The notes: generated by a model not told the origin, from the sequence alone. Shown: positions 1 through 12,922, counted from the first letter of the stretch. The stretch is 64,000 nucleotides of DNA from Octopus sinensis (GCF_006345805.1 NC_043017.1:25234001-25298000); one strand, 5' to 3'. Numbers and translations are program-made.

Positions 1-1555
1 CTTTCCCTAATCGCTATTATCATTTATATTAATTATAATTATCTGCACAAAAACTTTTCACTAAATTTGGCTGATATTTTAATCAAAGATTTTAGATAAA
101 AATTAAAATCCAGTCTGTTCCATTTGTCGAGTGGAATGAAAAGAAAAAAAGTACCATTGTTTCGGACACTTGTCCTTTTTAGGGAAGATCACAAAATATA
201 TTTGCTTCTTAGTAACCACAGGATTAACTTTAACCTCTCACTTGCTTTCTATTCTCCCAATATATTCGCATATACATTTATATTTTCATCCCTGAAGGAA
301 GACAAGTGTCCGAAGCGTTGAAGTGTTCATCCCCCACCCCTGATATTCGATTTATTTATTTATTTATTTTTTTATCTACAAACTTTTATGGAGTTAATTT
401 TGGGTCGATGCCGCAGACGACCATAAATTTCCTTACATTCCGGATCTTACAACTCACACGCACCTATTATTCATCTACAAGTTGTTTTGTCTCCCACAAG
501 TTGGCCCTGGTGAAACAGATCTCTGATGAAAAGCCTTCCTGCTGTGACAATCCACCCTCATATTTTATAGGGGGTATTTTGTTTATGTCTAGGTTGATGT
601 ATAATCTATATATGTCCGTTTTTCTGTGTTTAAATCCTCTTTTGTTTTATACAACAGCAGAGATTGTCTCTCTGTAATATGTATTGTTCATGTTGCTAGA
701 AATAACAGCTAAATCTCCCTCCTTCAAAACTTCCCTACCACAGTTTTGTTAATAAATATCCACCCCGCCTCCCAATTTTCGTAAAAATTATTAAGGTCTC
801 TTCCTGCATCAAGTAAAGGAATTTATTGTAATTAAAGAAAACAAAATGCTGTTTGTATCCATATAATTCTTTCTTCTTCGCCATGGTTTCGAACAAGCTT
901 TAAAAAAAAAAAAAGTTTACGATCGTGGCTAAAATGCTTCACCCTGCTTCTTCCGACTCTTCATGCTGTGAGTTCAAATCACGTTGAGGTCATCCATTGC
1001 CCCTTTTTGCGGTTCTGTAAACTAAAGTACCTACCAATCAGGATATCATCTGCCCATTTTCGTTGACTACTTGTGTCTATATTTAGAAACAATCTCACTA
1101 TGTCCACCCCCCCTCATTTTCCAATCCCCCCAAGTCCCACGCCATAAAAAATTAAGTATATCCGGCTCTTTATTTTAAGCTGACAGAGCATACGATGGAA
1201 ATTTAGCTGCTGTTTCTATTTCCTTGTTGATTTATATTTTCATCGACAATTTGCCATTGCTGAGACCTAGAATACCTCTGATTGATCAAAGGTGTTCCAA
1301 TCATGACCATCACAGCCTGTTCCTTGACATAGTGCATCCAGGACCAACATTAGTCAATATACAAGGGGGTGCTGAAAAGTTCCTGGCTTTGAGTAAAAGA
1401 AAATACAGGAGGATCAGTTAATTATGATTTTATCCAACATATTCTCCCACCTCTCAGATTCACACGCTTATTGCAGCGGTCCTTAAGTTTTCCGAAACCC
1501 TGTGAAAGAACTCAGAAGGTTGGGTTTCTAACCAGACCTTTCGCAACACCCTTAA

Positions 1556-2165
1556 CCCTTTAGCATTTAAACCGGCCATATCTGACCAAAATATTCTCCC
1601 CTGTTTTATGTCCAAATTGGCCAGATCTGGCCTCTTACACCAACCCTACAATATTGTTTTAAAAATGAATAGTTACTTCATCAAAATCTCAAAGCTACAA
1701 GATAAATGCAGGATTCAGGAGTGGCTGTGTGGTAAGTAGCTTGCTAACCAACCACATGGTTCCGGGTTCAGTCCCACTGCGTGGCATCTTGGGCAAGTGT
1801 CTTCTGCTATAGCCCCGGGCCGACCAATGCCTTGTGAGTGGATTTGGTAGACGGAAACTGAAAGAAACCTGTTGTATATATGTATATATATATATATGTA
1901 TGTGTATGTGTGTTTGTGTGTCTGTGTTTGTCCCCCTAGCATTGCTTGACAACTGATGCTGGTGTGTTTACGTCCCCGTCACTTAGCGGTTCGGCAAAAG
2001 AGACCGATAGAATAAGTACTGGGCTTACAAAGAATAAGTCCCGGGGTCGATTTGCTCGACTAAAGGCGGTGCTCCAGCATGGCCGCAGTCAAATGACAGA
2101 AACAAGTAAAAGAGTAAAGAGTAAATAAGCATTACTTTTGATAGAATAATGCAAATACTAAATGG
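1556..2165. mobile_element. TTAA-flanked piggyBac-like MITE, interrupted by a SINE
   Basis: TTAA at 1552-1555 and 2166-2169; starts CCCTTTAGCATT, ends CTAAATGG. Same family at 25319, 52071 and 56296. Confidence 0.7.
1714..2125 (+). mobile_element. SINE family A (AGGAGTGGCTGTGTGGTAAG head, CCTTGGGCAAGT core, internal TA/TG microsatellite, AAGAGT tail)
   Basis: Full-length copy, nearly identical to the copies at 12440 (-) and 36108 (+); about 25 copies or fragments in the window. Confidence 0.85.
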
Positions 2166-2577
2166 TTAAAGCTGGGAACTTTTCAACAACCCTTCGTATG
2201 TAAAATGGAAGTTGTTGAATAACTTCTAAGACTGATGTGGTCCACGATCAAAGGTATACTTCCATTTTGCTTAAAGGCAGTCGGATGTATTCGAGCTTTT
2301 GTTTTGAGCCACGTAGAGGTGTAATCTTCAGCCATACATATTATGAAATGATCAAGGCTTTTATTCTTGGAATACTTGAACAGGAACCAATGATGGTGAG
2401 GGGCAGCTGCAAAGATCCCTGCTCTTTGTAGTTACTTTTGTTTAATAGGGATACACCCTAACTTCATTTGATGCTTATTGTTTGCCCTCACCTGACAGTT
2501 CTTAAGTTTACTCCATGAAAAATGACACACACACACACACATGTATATATACACACACTCAGACACGTATACATGTA

Positions 2578-2810
2578 TATCATCATCATCATCGTTTAGC
2601 GTCCGTTTTCCATGCTAGCATGGGTTGGACGGTTCAACTGGGGTCTGGGAAGCCAGGACGCTGCACCAGGCTCCAGTCTGATCTGGCAGTGTTTCTACAG
2701 CTGGATGCCCTTCCTAACGCCAACCACTCCGTGAATGTAGTGGGTGCTTTTTACGTGCCAGACGAGGCTGGCAAACGGCCACGATCGGATGGTGCTTTTT
2801 ACGTGCCACA
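2578..2810 (-). mobile_element. RTE LINE 3'UTR fragment with (GAT)n tail
   Basis: (CAT)n followed by CGTTTAGCGTCCGTTTTCCATGCTAGCATGGGTTGGACGG, shared with many copies in the window. Confidence 0.8.
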
Positions 2811-2974
2811 TGTATATATATATATATATGCATACACATAGACATGTATATATATATATGCATACACATAGACATGTATACATATATAAAATGCATGTAT
2901 AGACATATATATACATGTATATATATATAATGTATGTGTACATACTTATACATATGTATATAATGTATATGTAT

Positions 2975-3700
2975 CATCATCGTCATTTAACATCTGTTGT
3001 CCATGCTGGCTCGGGTTGGATGGTTTGACAACGGCTGGCAAGCTGGAAGGTTGCACCAAACTCCAGTCTGATTTGGCATGATTTCTATGGTTGGATGCCC
3101 TTCCTAGCGCCAACCACTCCGAGTGTGTATTGGGTGCTTTATGTGCCATTTGTGTGTCACAGGTATCTGCCACGACTGCAATTTTGCTTGGTTTGATGGA
3201 TCTACTCAGTCATTGCCTCCATGAGGCTCAACGCTTGAAAGGTGCTTTTTACATGGCATGAGCATGGGTGCCAGTTATGTGACACCACCATCAACCATGA
3301 CTACAATTTCACTTGAAGGGTCTTCTCAAGCACAGCATATCGCCAAAGGTCTTGCTCACTAGTCATTGCCTCTCTGAGTCCCAATGTTCGAAGATCATAC
3401 TTCACCACCTCATCCCATGTCTTCCTGGGTCTACCTCTACCACAGGTTCCGTCCATAGTTAGAGATCAGCACTTCTTTACACAGCTGTCCTCGTCCATAT
3501 GCATCACATGACCATACCAGTGCAGTTATCTCTCTTGCACACCACATCTGATGCCTCTCATGCACAACTTTTCTCACAAGATGCTTACACTCTGTTGAAC
3601 ATGCATACTGACGTTGCACATCCAGCGAAGCATCCTGGCTTCATTTCTTTCAAACCTACGCATGCCCTTGACTGCCACAGCCCATGTTTTATACTTCCGT
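2975..3700 (-). mobile_element. RTE-clade LINE 3' fragment (degenerate ORF2 C-terminus plus 3'UTR)
   Basis: Minus-strand translation contains QERQLHWYGHVMHMDEDSCVKKC*SLTMDGTCGRGRPRKTWDEVVKYDLRTLGLREAM, an RTE ORF2 C-terminal pattern. It continues into the common 3'UTR and (GAT)n tail. Confidence 0.85.
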
Positions 3701-3916
3701 GTCAGTGACACGTAAAAGCCTGCTCTGGCCCCTGTGCTGGTGGCACGTAAAAAACACCCACTATACTCACGGAGTGGTTGGCATTAGGAAAGCATCCAGC
3801 CATAGAAACACTGCCAAATCAGACTAGAACCTGGTGCAGCCTCCATGGTTTCCAGACCCTGGTCGAACCGTCCAACCCATGCTAGCGTGGAAAACGGACA
3901 TTAAATGATGATGATG

Positions 3917-3920
<4 letters not shown>
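3700..3920 (+). mobile_element. RTE LINE 3'UTR fragment
   Basis: GTGGCACGTAAAAA...GGAAAACGGACATTAAATGATGATGATG tail. Confidence 0.8.
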
Positions 3921-3947
<27 letters not shown>

Positions 3948-4467
3948 CAGAGTACCATGGGTAAATTGTCCCTATTTTATACTTTTAATTTCGCACATGC
4001 ACATTGTTTGTTTTTGATTTTGTTGACTACACAGTATATTAGGGTCAGTTGGGCACTGTCTGCGAGAAAGACAGCGCTATGACACAATTCACTCTGCCAG
4101 AAATTTGTAAATGACATGCTGTACTGCTTGGCATTCATGCCGGAAGCTCCAATACGAAAATTTCAGAGTGAGTGTCAAGCTGAGGACAGCGCAGAGGATT
4201 TGGAAAGAGTTGGATGAGTCTAATGGTGATTACAAAGGTACTGCAACTTGGCAAACTCCCTCTGATCATTCTGATAAGAAAAGAACTCCTGTATTTGTTG
4301 GTGAGATCCAGGCCATGATTGACAACGATTCCTCCAAGTCAATCAGGTCCATCGCCAGGGCCATGGGAGCGTCTGAGTTTCTTATCAGGCAGGTAGTGCA
4401 TGATGACATTCAGCATTCCTCATAGAAGATGAGAAAGGGCCAATTTTTATCCCCAGCCATCAAAGAC
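3948..4467 (+). mobile_element. Tc1/mariner-superfamily transposon 5' part (degenerate transposase N-terminus)
   Basis: Starts TA|CAGAG. Encodes KKRTPVFVGEIQAMIDNDSSKSIRSIARAMGASEFLIRQVVHDDIQHSS*KMRKGQFLS (second HTH region), truncated before the catalytic domain. Confidence 0.75.
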
Positions 4468-6159
4468 AATGAAAAAAAACAGGGAAACGAGACATACAAC
4501 ATAAAGGATATTCCCCTTCATCAGTTATCCCTGTTTCATCTACTCCACATTTCGAAGGCAAGGACAAGACGCATCTTCGTTGAAACAGTCCTTCCCGCAA
4601 AGCTAATTAAATAAAATTTGGGATTTTTTGCGATGGGTGAAAGTGGTAACATGAACAGGACAGTGAGAACAAAAGACAGTAAAAACAATAAAAAATTAAA
4701 AAACAGTAAAAGACAGAACAAAGAGAACAAAACAATAAAAACAAACAGTGGGGGCTGTTAAGCCAAGACAATGGAAAAATTGTTCTGAACATTTAAGGAG
4801 AGGAGCTTATGAAGAGATAGGATATGTCCATTCAGTCTCTTCTCTGTCTTCCCTATTCTTCTCCCCTCCCCTTCACCGTTCCCTCTCTCTCACTCCCCCT
4901 CCCCGACTCTCTCGTTGTTGACACATGATGAGAGGGAAGCCATCATTCTGACTGCTATCATGTGACTTCATTGACCGTAGGCTTTTCTTTCCACAGGTAA
5001 ACCTCACCTGTCCTCCCCCTTTACACTTTATATTGACATTTCTGTGATAACGATCCCTATTGACCGATTTTTTTTCCTTTTCCTTTTATTTTTTACACCC
5101 CCCTTTTCTCTTCCCTCTTTCTTTCCCTTTATGATCCCTTTTGATTGAAAACCAAACCCCCTTTTTTATCCCCAAAAGAAAAGCTCTACCTTGTAATTTG
5201 TCCTGTCTGTGTGCAGCCCTGTGTGGATAATGAAGAAACATGTCTTCACAAAGACTAATGCTATAATAGAAGACACTTGCCCAAGATGCCACACAATGGG
5301 ACTGAACCTTGAACCATGTGATTGGAAAGCAAAATGTTTATGTCTGTATGTGTGTGCATATCTTTCTGTTTGCCTCCACCATTGCTTGTCAACTGGTGTT
5401 GGTTTGTTTACATCCACATAACATAGCAGTTTGGCAAAAGAGACTCAGAGAATAACAATCAGACTCGAAATACATATTAGGGGCAATTTGACTAAATCCT
5501 TAAAGGTGGTGCCCCAGCATGGCTGCAATCCAGTGATTGAAGTAAAAGATAAACGATAGATACTGCATCTAAGTTAGATGGATTTCAAGGATATTTGGTT
5601 GCTATTTCAAGCAAATTGAGTAACCACATTGAGGCATTTCCACTGTGATCACCCAGTCTTACTTTCTCCGGGCATAGCATACATAAGATAGACAGTAGAT
5701 TCTGATTTGAGGGTGATTTGGTTGCTATTTCTAGTAGATTGAGTGTCCACAGGATTTTCGGGTCGTTGCTTCATTTCCTTGTATTAGTTCTTTTGCTGTA
5801 GCTTACCAGGAAGTATGTGGTAGAGTGAGCGCAATTGTGGCTGTGTGGTAAGAAGCTTGCTTCCCAACCATATGGTTCTGTGTTCAGTCCCACTGCTTGG
5901 CACCTTGGGCAAGTGTCTTTTATTTTTGCTTTGAGTTGACCAAATCCTTGTGAGTGGATTTGGCAGATGGAAACTTAAAGAAGTCTGTCATGTTTATGTG
6001 TGTGTGTGTGTGTGTGTGTTTTGTTTGCATTTGTCCTTCACTGACACTTGGCAACTGGCATTGGTGTGTTTATGTCCCTGTAACTTAGCAAAATGAAACT
6101 GAACAATTACATACATACATATAATGTATATACATACATGCACATATATATGTATATAT

Positions 6160-6555
6160 ATTCTGTGCCGGTGACACATAAAAAACACCATCCGAACGTG
6201 ACCGATGCCAACGCCGCCTCGAATGGCTTCTGTGCTGGTGGCACATAAAAAGCACCATCCGAACGTGGCCGATGCCAGCACCGCTTCGACTAGCTTCTGT
6301 GCCGCTGGCACATAAAAAGCACCAACCGATCGTGGCCGATACCAGACCCCTCTGGCACCTGTGCAGGTGGCACGTAAAAAGCACCCACTACACTCGCGGA
6401 GTGGTTGGCGTTAGGAAGGGCATCCAGCTGTAGAAACACTGCCAGATCAGACTGGAGCCTGGAGCAGCCCCTGGCTCCCCAGACCCCGGTCGAACCGTCC
6501 AACCCGTGCTAGCGCGGAAAACGGACGTTAAACGATGATGATGATGATGATGATG
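6160..6555 (+). mobile_element. RTE LINE 3'UTR with about 3 diverged VNTR units, inserted in a family A SINE
   Basis: Repeated GTGCCGGTGGCACATAAAAAGCACCATCCGAACGTGGCCG units followed by the (GAT)n tail. Confidence 0.8.
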
Positions 6556-6668
6556 ATATATATATACATGTGCTTGCACACACCCACATACACACACACA
6601 TACATTACTTAAAGAAATTTCAACTGTCTGATTTTCACATTTTATTTACAATCATATAATAAGATTAA

Positions 6669-6959
6669 TCTTTATATATAAAAGTGAGGTTGTGTGCTGT
6701 CTGTCTCCTACGATTTAGATTCCCAACTACTCCCACATTTTGCGGTGCAGTTTAACCAAAAGCGGGTATCTTATAGTCATGATTCATATCGAGCCCTTCT
6801 GGGTATTAGCGCGCGTCTACAATGAGTCTACGACTTAAAAAAAAAATTTACCATAATTTTTTCCCATTTTTAATGCAATTTTTTCGCTATTATATAAGGG
6901 AAGTAACTCTCTAAAAATGTCTATGATGAGTCAACGATTTAAACGGGCGATACTGCTAG
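6669..6959 (+). mobile_element. Non-autonomous Helitron-like element
   Basis: 5' TCTTTATATATAAAAG...TGTCTGTCT, 3' GGGCGATACTGCTAG, inserted between A6668 and T6960 with no TSD. The subterminal hairpin is weak. A small fragment recurs at about 19998-20028. Confidence 0.6.
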
Positions 6960-8859
6960 TATAATATAATGAAATGATAGACTATTAAATATCCCTTCTG
7001 ATTGAACCAGTACTTTGATACATTAAACTATACAAACTCCAGGTTCATGTAGTAGTAGTGGTAACAGTTGTGTGTTACAATTTACATATGATGGTCTTCT
7101 ATACAGTTTCCATCTAACGAATTCACTTAAAAAACATTGGTCGGGCTGGGGCTTATAGTAGAAGACACTTGCTCAAGGGTGCTGCGCCGTGGGACTGAAC
7201 CCAGAACAATGTGGTTGGGAAGTGGCCTTCTTAACCACACAGCTCTGCTTGCGAGTTAGATGCAAACCAACAGAGTTGGTCACTGATAATGGCCTCTCCC
7301 TCCCACCACCAGCACCAGCACCACCACCACCACCACACCGCCGCCATTTTCGTTTTTCTCAGTGACATAAGCTTCTGGATCCACGGCCCCCCCCGGATGT
7401 AATATGTTCCTGTTTCTAAATTTATGATTGATTGTTATCTTGCTTGAGGTTATTTTAATCTGCTTTTCCACATCCTTGAACGGTTGGGGAAGAAGCGGGG
7501 GGGGGAACAGAGCACTGCCGAGGCTTATCAACTTGTAAATAAGTTTAAATAAGTCCTGTTAGAAAAACAATTAAGAGAACGGGAGGACGGGAGGAGTAGG
7601 TGTGGAAATTAGAGTGAGGGTTAAGTGCAGTGTGTTTTTTGGTTTTTATTTACTTGTTATTTACTTGGAGTGCAGTTATTGAGGGGCATTTACCCAGAAG
7701 GCTTTTAGTCGGACAAATCAACACCCTTTTTTAATTAAAAAAAATTTTTTTAGCCTGATACCTATTCTGTCAGTCTCTTTGGTTGAACTGCTAGCATATG
7801 CGGACATAAACAAACCAACACCAGTTGTCAAATGGTGGTGGTGGGAGGGCAAACACACACACACACACATACACACACACACATGAGCATGCATGCTAGG
7901 CTTCCACACAGTTTCCATCTACCAGATTCACTCTCAAAGCAATTGACTGGCCTTGAACTGTAATAGAAGGCACCTGCCCAGGGTGTAGTGCTGTGGAATT
8001 GAACCCAGTACCTTGTGGTCATTAACAGATATGTTCGTGTGTGTGTGTGTAGGAGCAGTTTTCCTATCTGACGTTTAACCCTGTTTGCACCATATTCCTG
8101 ATGTAGCAGGAATAGCCTGACTGTAATCTCTACTGGATTCCAGGTTGAAACAGTAACGGAATTAGATAAAGAAGATGAAATGCCAAAAATAGACGACTGA
8201 TGATCGTGTTGTGGCTTTGTAGTCAAGTGTGTTTCTGACTCATTGTTAATGGCACCCCCCACCATAGCTGTTGCTTACTTTTATTTTTAATTGAAGAAAA
8301 TGGATTCTTTTGCAATGGAATGTGTGTGTGACGAACCCAGTACTTTGTCTCTGGTAAACAAGCAAAGCCTAGACATTATACAATGTTCGTATCACAACAA
8401 TTCACGTTACAGTTCAAAGTTCATTATCGTCTACATCAGAGTCCTTCTTTTTCTCTCTTCTTTTCTCTTTCTTTTCTTTTACATCGTAACATGTATCAAT
8501 ACAATTAAATACCTTAATTCCTAATTGAATCGCCAGTGTCCCAATATTGCACCTCATCTCTCCGTACCGCTAATTCCTCTGTACATATTTCCCTCTGTGC
8601 CGCCAAGCTCTCGCTCTCGAGGAAATTATTGATGTTTAATTTATTCTTCACACAAAGAGCTTGCCCTTAACGTAGACGGTGAAAGTGATGAGGAAAGTAG
8701 CAATTTGGGTGAACAACTACATCAGTTGAGAGATTGTCCCTTTATTGTTATTCACCTCAATTTTTTTGTGATTCTGTCCATTGGTTTGCCTGCAGTGAAC
8801 TTATGCAATAGTTGAGAGATAGTTTTTTTCCTTTTTGAGCCATGCCTGGCTCATTTGGG

Positions 8860-9128
8860 CTGGTTTCCTGGTTTCCTTGGCGTATAGGTTCCCCCACCTG
8901 GACGGGAAGCTGGTCCATCGCAGGTGAGCTGCAAGATGCAGGAGGAAACAGTGAGAGAAAGTTGCCACGCAAGAGTCAGCAGAAGTTCACCATTACCTTC
9001 AACTGGAGCCGCGTGGAGCTTAGATGTTTCGCTCATACACACACACATCACCCGGTCTGAGATTCGAACCCGCGATCCCTCGACCGCAAGTTTGCTGCTC
9101 TAACCACTAGGCCATGTGCCTCCACAGT
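8860..9128 (-). mobile_element. tRNA-headed SINE (family C-like)
   Basis: Reverse complement begins GTGGAGGCACATGGCCTAGTGGTTAGAG...GGGTTCGAATCTC (A and B boxes). Confidence 0.7.
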
Positions 9129-9744
9129 TGAGAGATAGGCCTTATTATTATTATTATTATTCTGAATGTGATCTCTGCCCATTAACTTGCCTGCAATTGT
9201 TACTCTTGAGCTGTATGTGTGCAACAATTTATTTTTTTGCTCAAGCGCATAGGTAAAGTGTAAAGTTAGATGCAAGGGCCAAGATCTGTGAGGGTTAATC
9301 CTGTTATAGTTTTGTGGTGAACATTGTCTTATTTCTCACCTGTGGTATTTGAGATACTATGTATTGTCTTAACGATACATTATTATTGTCATTTGTTGAC
9401 TCTGTATAATCTGGTCACATCAACATAACATATCTTGACTTTCCAGTTTCTATACAATAGTTTATCAAAAGGCAGCCTGTTATCTGGGTAAACAGATTAA
9501 TAAGCAGGAACATATGGAGTTTGATTAAAATCAATCCCAGTTTTGTACTGAAGGCACCTGTGTCTTCTGTGGTAGCCTAGAGTTGACCATGTGAATCTTG
9601 TCTACTTGCTTTTCCTTAATGTATATATATATATAAGTTCAGCAAAATACTTACAGTGTTTAATAAAATGAAGTAGCATGAAACAATTGTACCACTCTAC
9701 CTTGGATATACTTGTTGCTTATTTTGATCATATATATATATATA

Positions 9745-10140
9745 TAGGCACAGGAGTGGCTGTGTGGTAAGTAGCTTGCTTACCAACCACATGGTTCAGG
9801 GTTCAGTCCCACTGCATGATACCTTGGGCAAGTGTCCCCTACTATAGCCTCGGGCCGACCAAAGCCTTGTGAGTGGATTTGGTAGACTGAAACTGAAAAG
9901 AAGCCAGTCGTATATACGTATATGTATGTATATGTGTGTGTGTGTGTGTGTTTGTCCCCCCAACATCACTTGACAACTGATGCTGGTGTGTTTACATCCC
10001 CGTAACTTAGCAGTTCGGCAAAACAGACCAACAGAATAAGTATTAGGCTTACAAAGAAAGTCCTGGGGTTGATTTGCTTGACTAAAGGCGGTACTCCAGC
10101 ATGACCGCAATCAAATGACTGAAACAAGTAAAAGAGTATA
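9745..10140 (+). mobile_element. SINE family A
   Basis: Full-length match to the 1714-2125 copy. Confidence 0.85.
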
Positions 10141-10939
10141 TATATATATACATACACATCATCATCATTTAATGTTTGCTCTCCATGCTAGCATGGGTTG
10201 GACTATTTGACAGGAGTTAACCAGCTGAAGAGCTGCCTGGGCTCCATTTTGTCTGTTTTGGCATGGTTTTGATGGCTGGATGCCCTTCCTAATGCCAACC
10301 ACTTTGCAAAGTGTACCGGGTGCTTTGAACATGACACCAGCATGGACGTTTTTATGTGACACCAGCATAGGTGCTTTTATGTGGCACCAGTACCATCAGC
10401 CCTCAGAACTATAGGACCTCTCAGCTGAGAGAGAGAGAGAGAGAGAGCTGCTCTATCGATTCAGGACAGTCTAAAATTATCCCATTGTTGTTATAAAAAT
10501 CCAATAAATGGACAAAACTTCTATAAATTGTTAGGTTGCTGAGGTGAAAGACCTGTGTGAGAAGTTTAACATTAGTGATTTAGGACGTGAATAAGAATTA
10601 ATTAGTTATCTGGAATAATTAAAATCACACTATCACCAAAAAAAATGCCCCAAAAACAGAAACAATTGAAAAGCAGTGACTGAAAAAAATTTATTTATAG
10701 AAAGGAGAGGGATTATTCTTTATGTGGCTGCTGCTTGATTTGCTAGAAACAGTAGCGAAATAAGCCCCTCAAATGTAACACAGCAATCTTGATAAAGGAA
10801 GTACACATTTGATAATGCCCGAGGGCTCTACCCCCCTCCCCCATTCTCAGGAATAGTGGGCAGAAAAAAATGGATAGATGAATAGATGCAGGAACAGCTA
10901 TGTGGTTAAGAAGTTTGCTTCCCGGTCACAGGGTTTCAG

Positions 10940-11378
10940 TCCCAATCAAAATCAATATCAAAATCGATCAACATCAATGGAAATTGTAGCTGTGATACCA
11001 GTGCCGGTGGCACATAGAGAACCATCCGAACGTGGCTGTTGCCAGCGCCGCCCCGACTGGCTTCCGTGCCGGTGGCACGTGAAAAACCACCATCCGATCG
11101 TGGCCGTTGCCAGCCTCGCCTGGCCTCCGTTCCGGTGGCACGTAAAAAGCACCATCCGATCGTGACCGTTTGCCAGCTTCGTCTGGCACCTGTGCCAGTG
11201 GCACATTAAAAGCACCCACTACACTCACAGAGTGGTTGGTGTTAGGTAGGGCATCCAGCCGTAGAAACATTGCCAGAGCAGACTGGGCCTGGTGCAGCCT
11301 TCTGGCTTCCCAGACCCCCAGTTGAACCGTCCAACCCATGCCAGCATGGAAAGCGGACGCTAAATGATGATGATGATG
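10940..11378 (+). mobile_element. RTE LINE 3'UTR inserted into a family A SINE
   Basis: The SINE is split at GTCCCA^CTGTGTGG; the insert carries VNTR units and a (GAT)n tail. Confidence 0.8.
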
Positions 11379-11389
11379 CTGTGTGGTAC

Positions 11390-11472
11390 TTTGGGCAAGT
11401 GCTTTCTGCTATAGGGTTTGACTAACCAAGGGTTTCTACAAGGGTTTGACTAACCAAGGGTTTCTACAAGGG
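11390..11472 (+). repeat. Upstream arm of an 83-bp inverted repeat bracketing the kinase exon
   Basis: 82/83 identity to the reverse complement of 13272-13354; contains a 28-bp tandem duplication seen nowhere else in the window. Confidence 0.9.
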
Positions 11473-11524
11473 CTTGACTAACCAAATCCTTGTGAGTGTA
11501 TCTGGAAGACAGAAACTGAAAGAA

Positions 11525-12249
11525 AGGCAGCGAGCTGGCAGAAACGTTAGCATGCTGGGCGAAATGCTTGGCGGTATTTCGTCTGCCGTTACGTTCTGAG
11601 TTCAAATTCCGCCAAGGTCCACTTTGCCTTTCATCCTTTCGGGGGTTGATAAATTAAGTACCAGTTACGCACTGGGGTCGATGTAATCCACATAATCTCC
11701 TTGTCTGTCCTTGTTTGTCCACTCTATGTTTAACCCCGTGCGGGCAATAAAGAAATAAGAAACTGAAAAAAACCTATTGTGTGTGTGTGCATGTGTGTGC
11801 TTGTGTATGGTGTACATACATGTGCTTATGTGTAATGTGTATTTGTATCTCCTTGCCTTGACATCACATGGTAGTTGTAAATGGTTATTACTAAAGGCGG
11901 TGAGCTGGCAGAAACGTTAGCATGCTGGGCAAAATGCTTAGCGGTATTTCGTCTGTCATTACGTTCTGAGTTCAAATTCCGCCGAGGTCGACTTTGCCTT
12001 TCATCCTTTCGGGAGTTGATAAATTAAGTACCAGTTATGCACTAGGGTCGATATAATCGACATAATCTCCTTGTTTGTCCCCTCTATGTTTAGCCCCTTG
12101 TATGCAATAAAGAAATAAGAAACTGAAAAAAACCCATTGTGTGTGTGCGCGCGCGCTTGCGTATGGTGTACATACGTGTGCTTATGCGTAGTGTGTATTT
12201 GTGTCTCCTTGCCTTGACACCACATGGTAGTTGTAAATGGTTATTACTG
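11525..12249 (+). repeat. Tandem duplication (about 365 bp x2) of a family B SINE plus flank
   Basis: 11525-11891 and 11893-12249 share the SINE (GCCTTTCATCCTTTCGGG..GATAAATTAAGTACCAG, Nin/Deu-like core), the variant ACATAATCTCCTTG, and the downstream flank ending GTAGTTGTAAATGGTTATTACT. Confidence 0.8.
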
Positions 12250-12439
12250 TCAAACAAGCAATGTTATTCATTTCCAATATTCTGTGAGGACATGACTGAT
12301 AATGGGAAAATATTCACCTTACTTGAAAACAGGCGAGGGTTGGTGACAGGAAGGCCATCCATCCATAGCCACGTGCCTCAATAAATTCCGTTTGACCCAT
12401 GCAAGCATGGCAAAGTGGACGCTAACATAACAACAATAC

Positions 12440-12835
12440 TCATTTACTCTTTTACTTGTTTCAGTCATTTGACTGCGGCCATGCTGGAGCACCGCCTCTT
12501 TTAGTCGAACAAATCGACCCCGGGACTTATTCTTTGCACAAGCCCAGTACTTATTCTATCGGTCTCTTTTGCCGAACCGCTAAGTGACGGGGACGTAAAC
12601 ACACCAGCATCGGTTGTCAAGCAATGCTAGGGGGACAAACACAGACACACAAACACACACACATACATATATACATATATATATACACATATACGACGGG
12701 CTTCTTTCGGTTTCCGTCTACCAAATCCACTCACAAGGCATTGGTCGGCCCGGGGCTATAGCAGAAGACACTTGCCCAAGATGCCACGCAGTGGGACTGA
12801 ACCCGGAACCATGTGGTTGGTTAGCAAGCTACTCC
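12440..12835 (-). mobile_element. SINE family A, young subfamily, just upstream of the kinase exon
   Basis: Reverse complement is nearly identical to 1714-2125. Confidence 0.85.
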
Positions 12836-12922
12836 TGCACCTATGATAATGAATTTTTTTTCTTTCTTCTCTGTTGGTCTGTCTCACCACTGAACATCTT
12901 TTGTTGCTTTTTTTTTTTCCAG

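Larger units (their letters stand above)
1362..2196. mobile_element. Non-autonomous mariner-type element (host of nested insertions)
   Basis: TIRs CAAGGGGGTGCTGAAAAGTTCCTGGCTTT and (rc) CGAAGGGTTGTTGAAAAGTTCCCAGCTTT, with TA at 1360-1361 and 2197-2198. Confidence 0.75.

Noticed and set aside
7280-7531. 83-aa minus-strand ORF and an AAAATGGCGGCG start-like context
   Set aside because: No homology recognised; the ATG frame reads into poly-Trp. Better explained as a YY1-type motif or chance.
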